Sequence record: MZ348423.1
DNA length: 24,000 nt
From: Kosakonia phage 305
Direction: 5' to 3' (one strand)
In this document: piece after piece, positions 23,951 to 24,000 of the stretch
Numbering within the stretch: the first letter of the stretch is position 1
Layout of the letters: every line of letters begins with the position of its first letter
Position numbers and translations under genes: made by a program
Notes under the pieces: generated by a model
Databases searched by the model: none
Told to the model about the DNA's origin: nothing
The model's input: only the letters and a program-made list of their open reading frames with translations

Positions 23951-23981
23951 TATATTTTTCTCACGGTTAGATTAGAAGGTA

Positions 23982-23987
23982 ATTATA
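23982..23987 (-). promoter_or_regulatory. Possible -10 element upstream of uvsX
   Basis: Minus strand GTGATATAATTACC; the upstream element lies at or beyond the window edge. Confidence 0.35.
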
Positions 23988-24000
23988 TCACTTTGGGTTT

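Noticed and set aside
1-24000. CRISPR arrays, tRNAs, integrase or transposase genes, retron or group I intron signatures
   Set aside because: None seen by eye: no regularly spaced repeats, no cloverleaf candidates, and core genes 39, 41, 56, 61, dda and uvsX are uninterrupted. A tRNAscan/Infernal run would be decisive.

Overview
This window looks like the early/middle-gene region of a T4-like myovirus, read almost entirely on the minus strand. Recognisable from the translations: rIIB, rIIA, an undivided topoisomerase large subunit (gene 39 type, with TOPRIM motifs), dexA, dda, a ModA/ModB-like ADP-ribosyltransferase, gene 56 dCTPase, an HNH/NUMOD3-type free-standing homing endonuclease directly upstream of 56, a MazG-like protein, gene 61 primase, a Spackle-like secreted protein, gene 41 helicase, gene 40 and uvsX. 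The rest are small uncharacterised accessory proteins. Several small ORFs absent from the supplied track are supported by start/stop overlaps, an RBS or composition: an FmdB-like zinc ribbon, a 31-aa linker ORF, a 58-aa ORF, a 41-aa Cys-rich ORF and a 56-aa ORF with an MKTYKEF...LNE leader. The main leads are: (1) a capsid-targeting-like 56-aa ORF under its own TATAAATA late promoter and terminator; (2) a lone plus-strand late gene for a membrane/holin-like protein whose promoter overlaps the divergent gene's start codon; (3) a small Arr/Tpt1-like ART-fold ORF under an early promoter; (4) paired early promoters whose -10 lies in one arm of a perfect inverted repeat and whose RBS/start lies in the other; (5) terminators whose T-tract merges into a MotA-like box; (6) a probable frameshift at the end of a PD-(D/E)xK-like nuclease gene; (7) a duplicated start region making a 7-codon uORF in front of uvsX. 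All homology calls rest on sequence recognition only; no searches were run.
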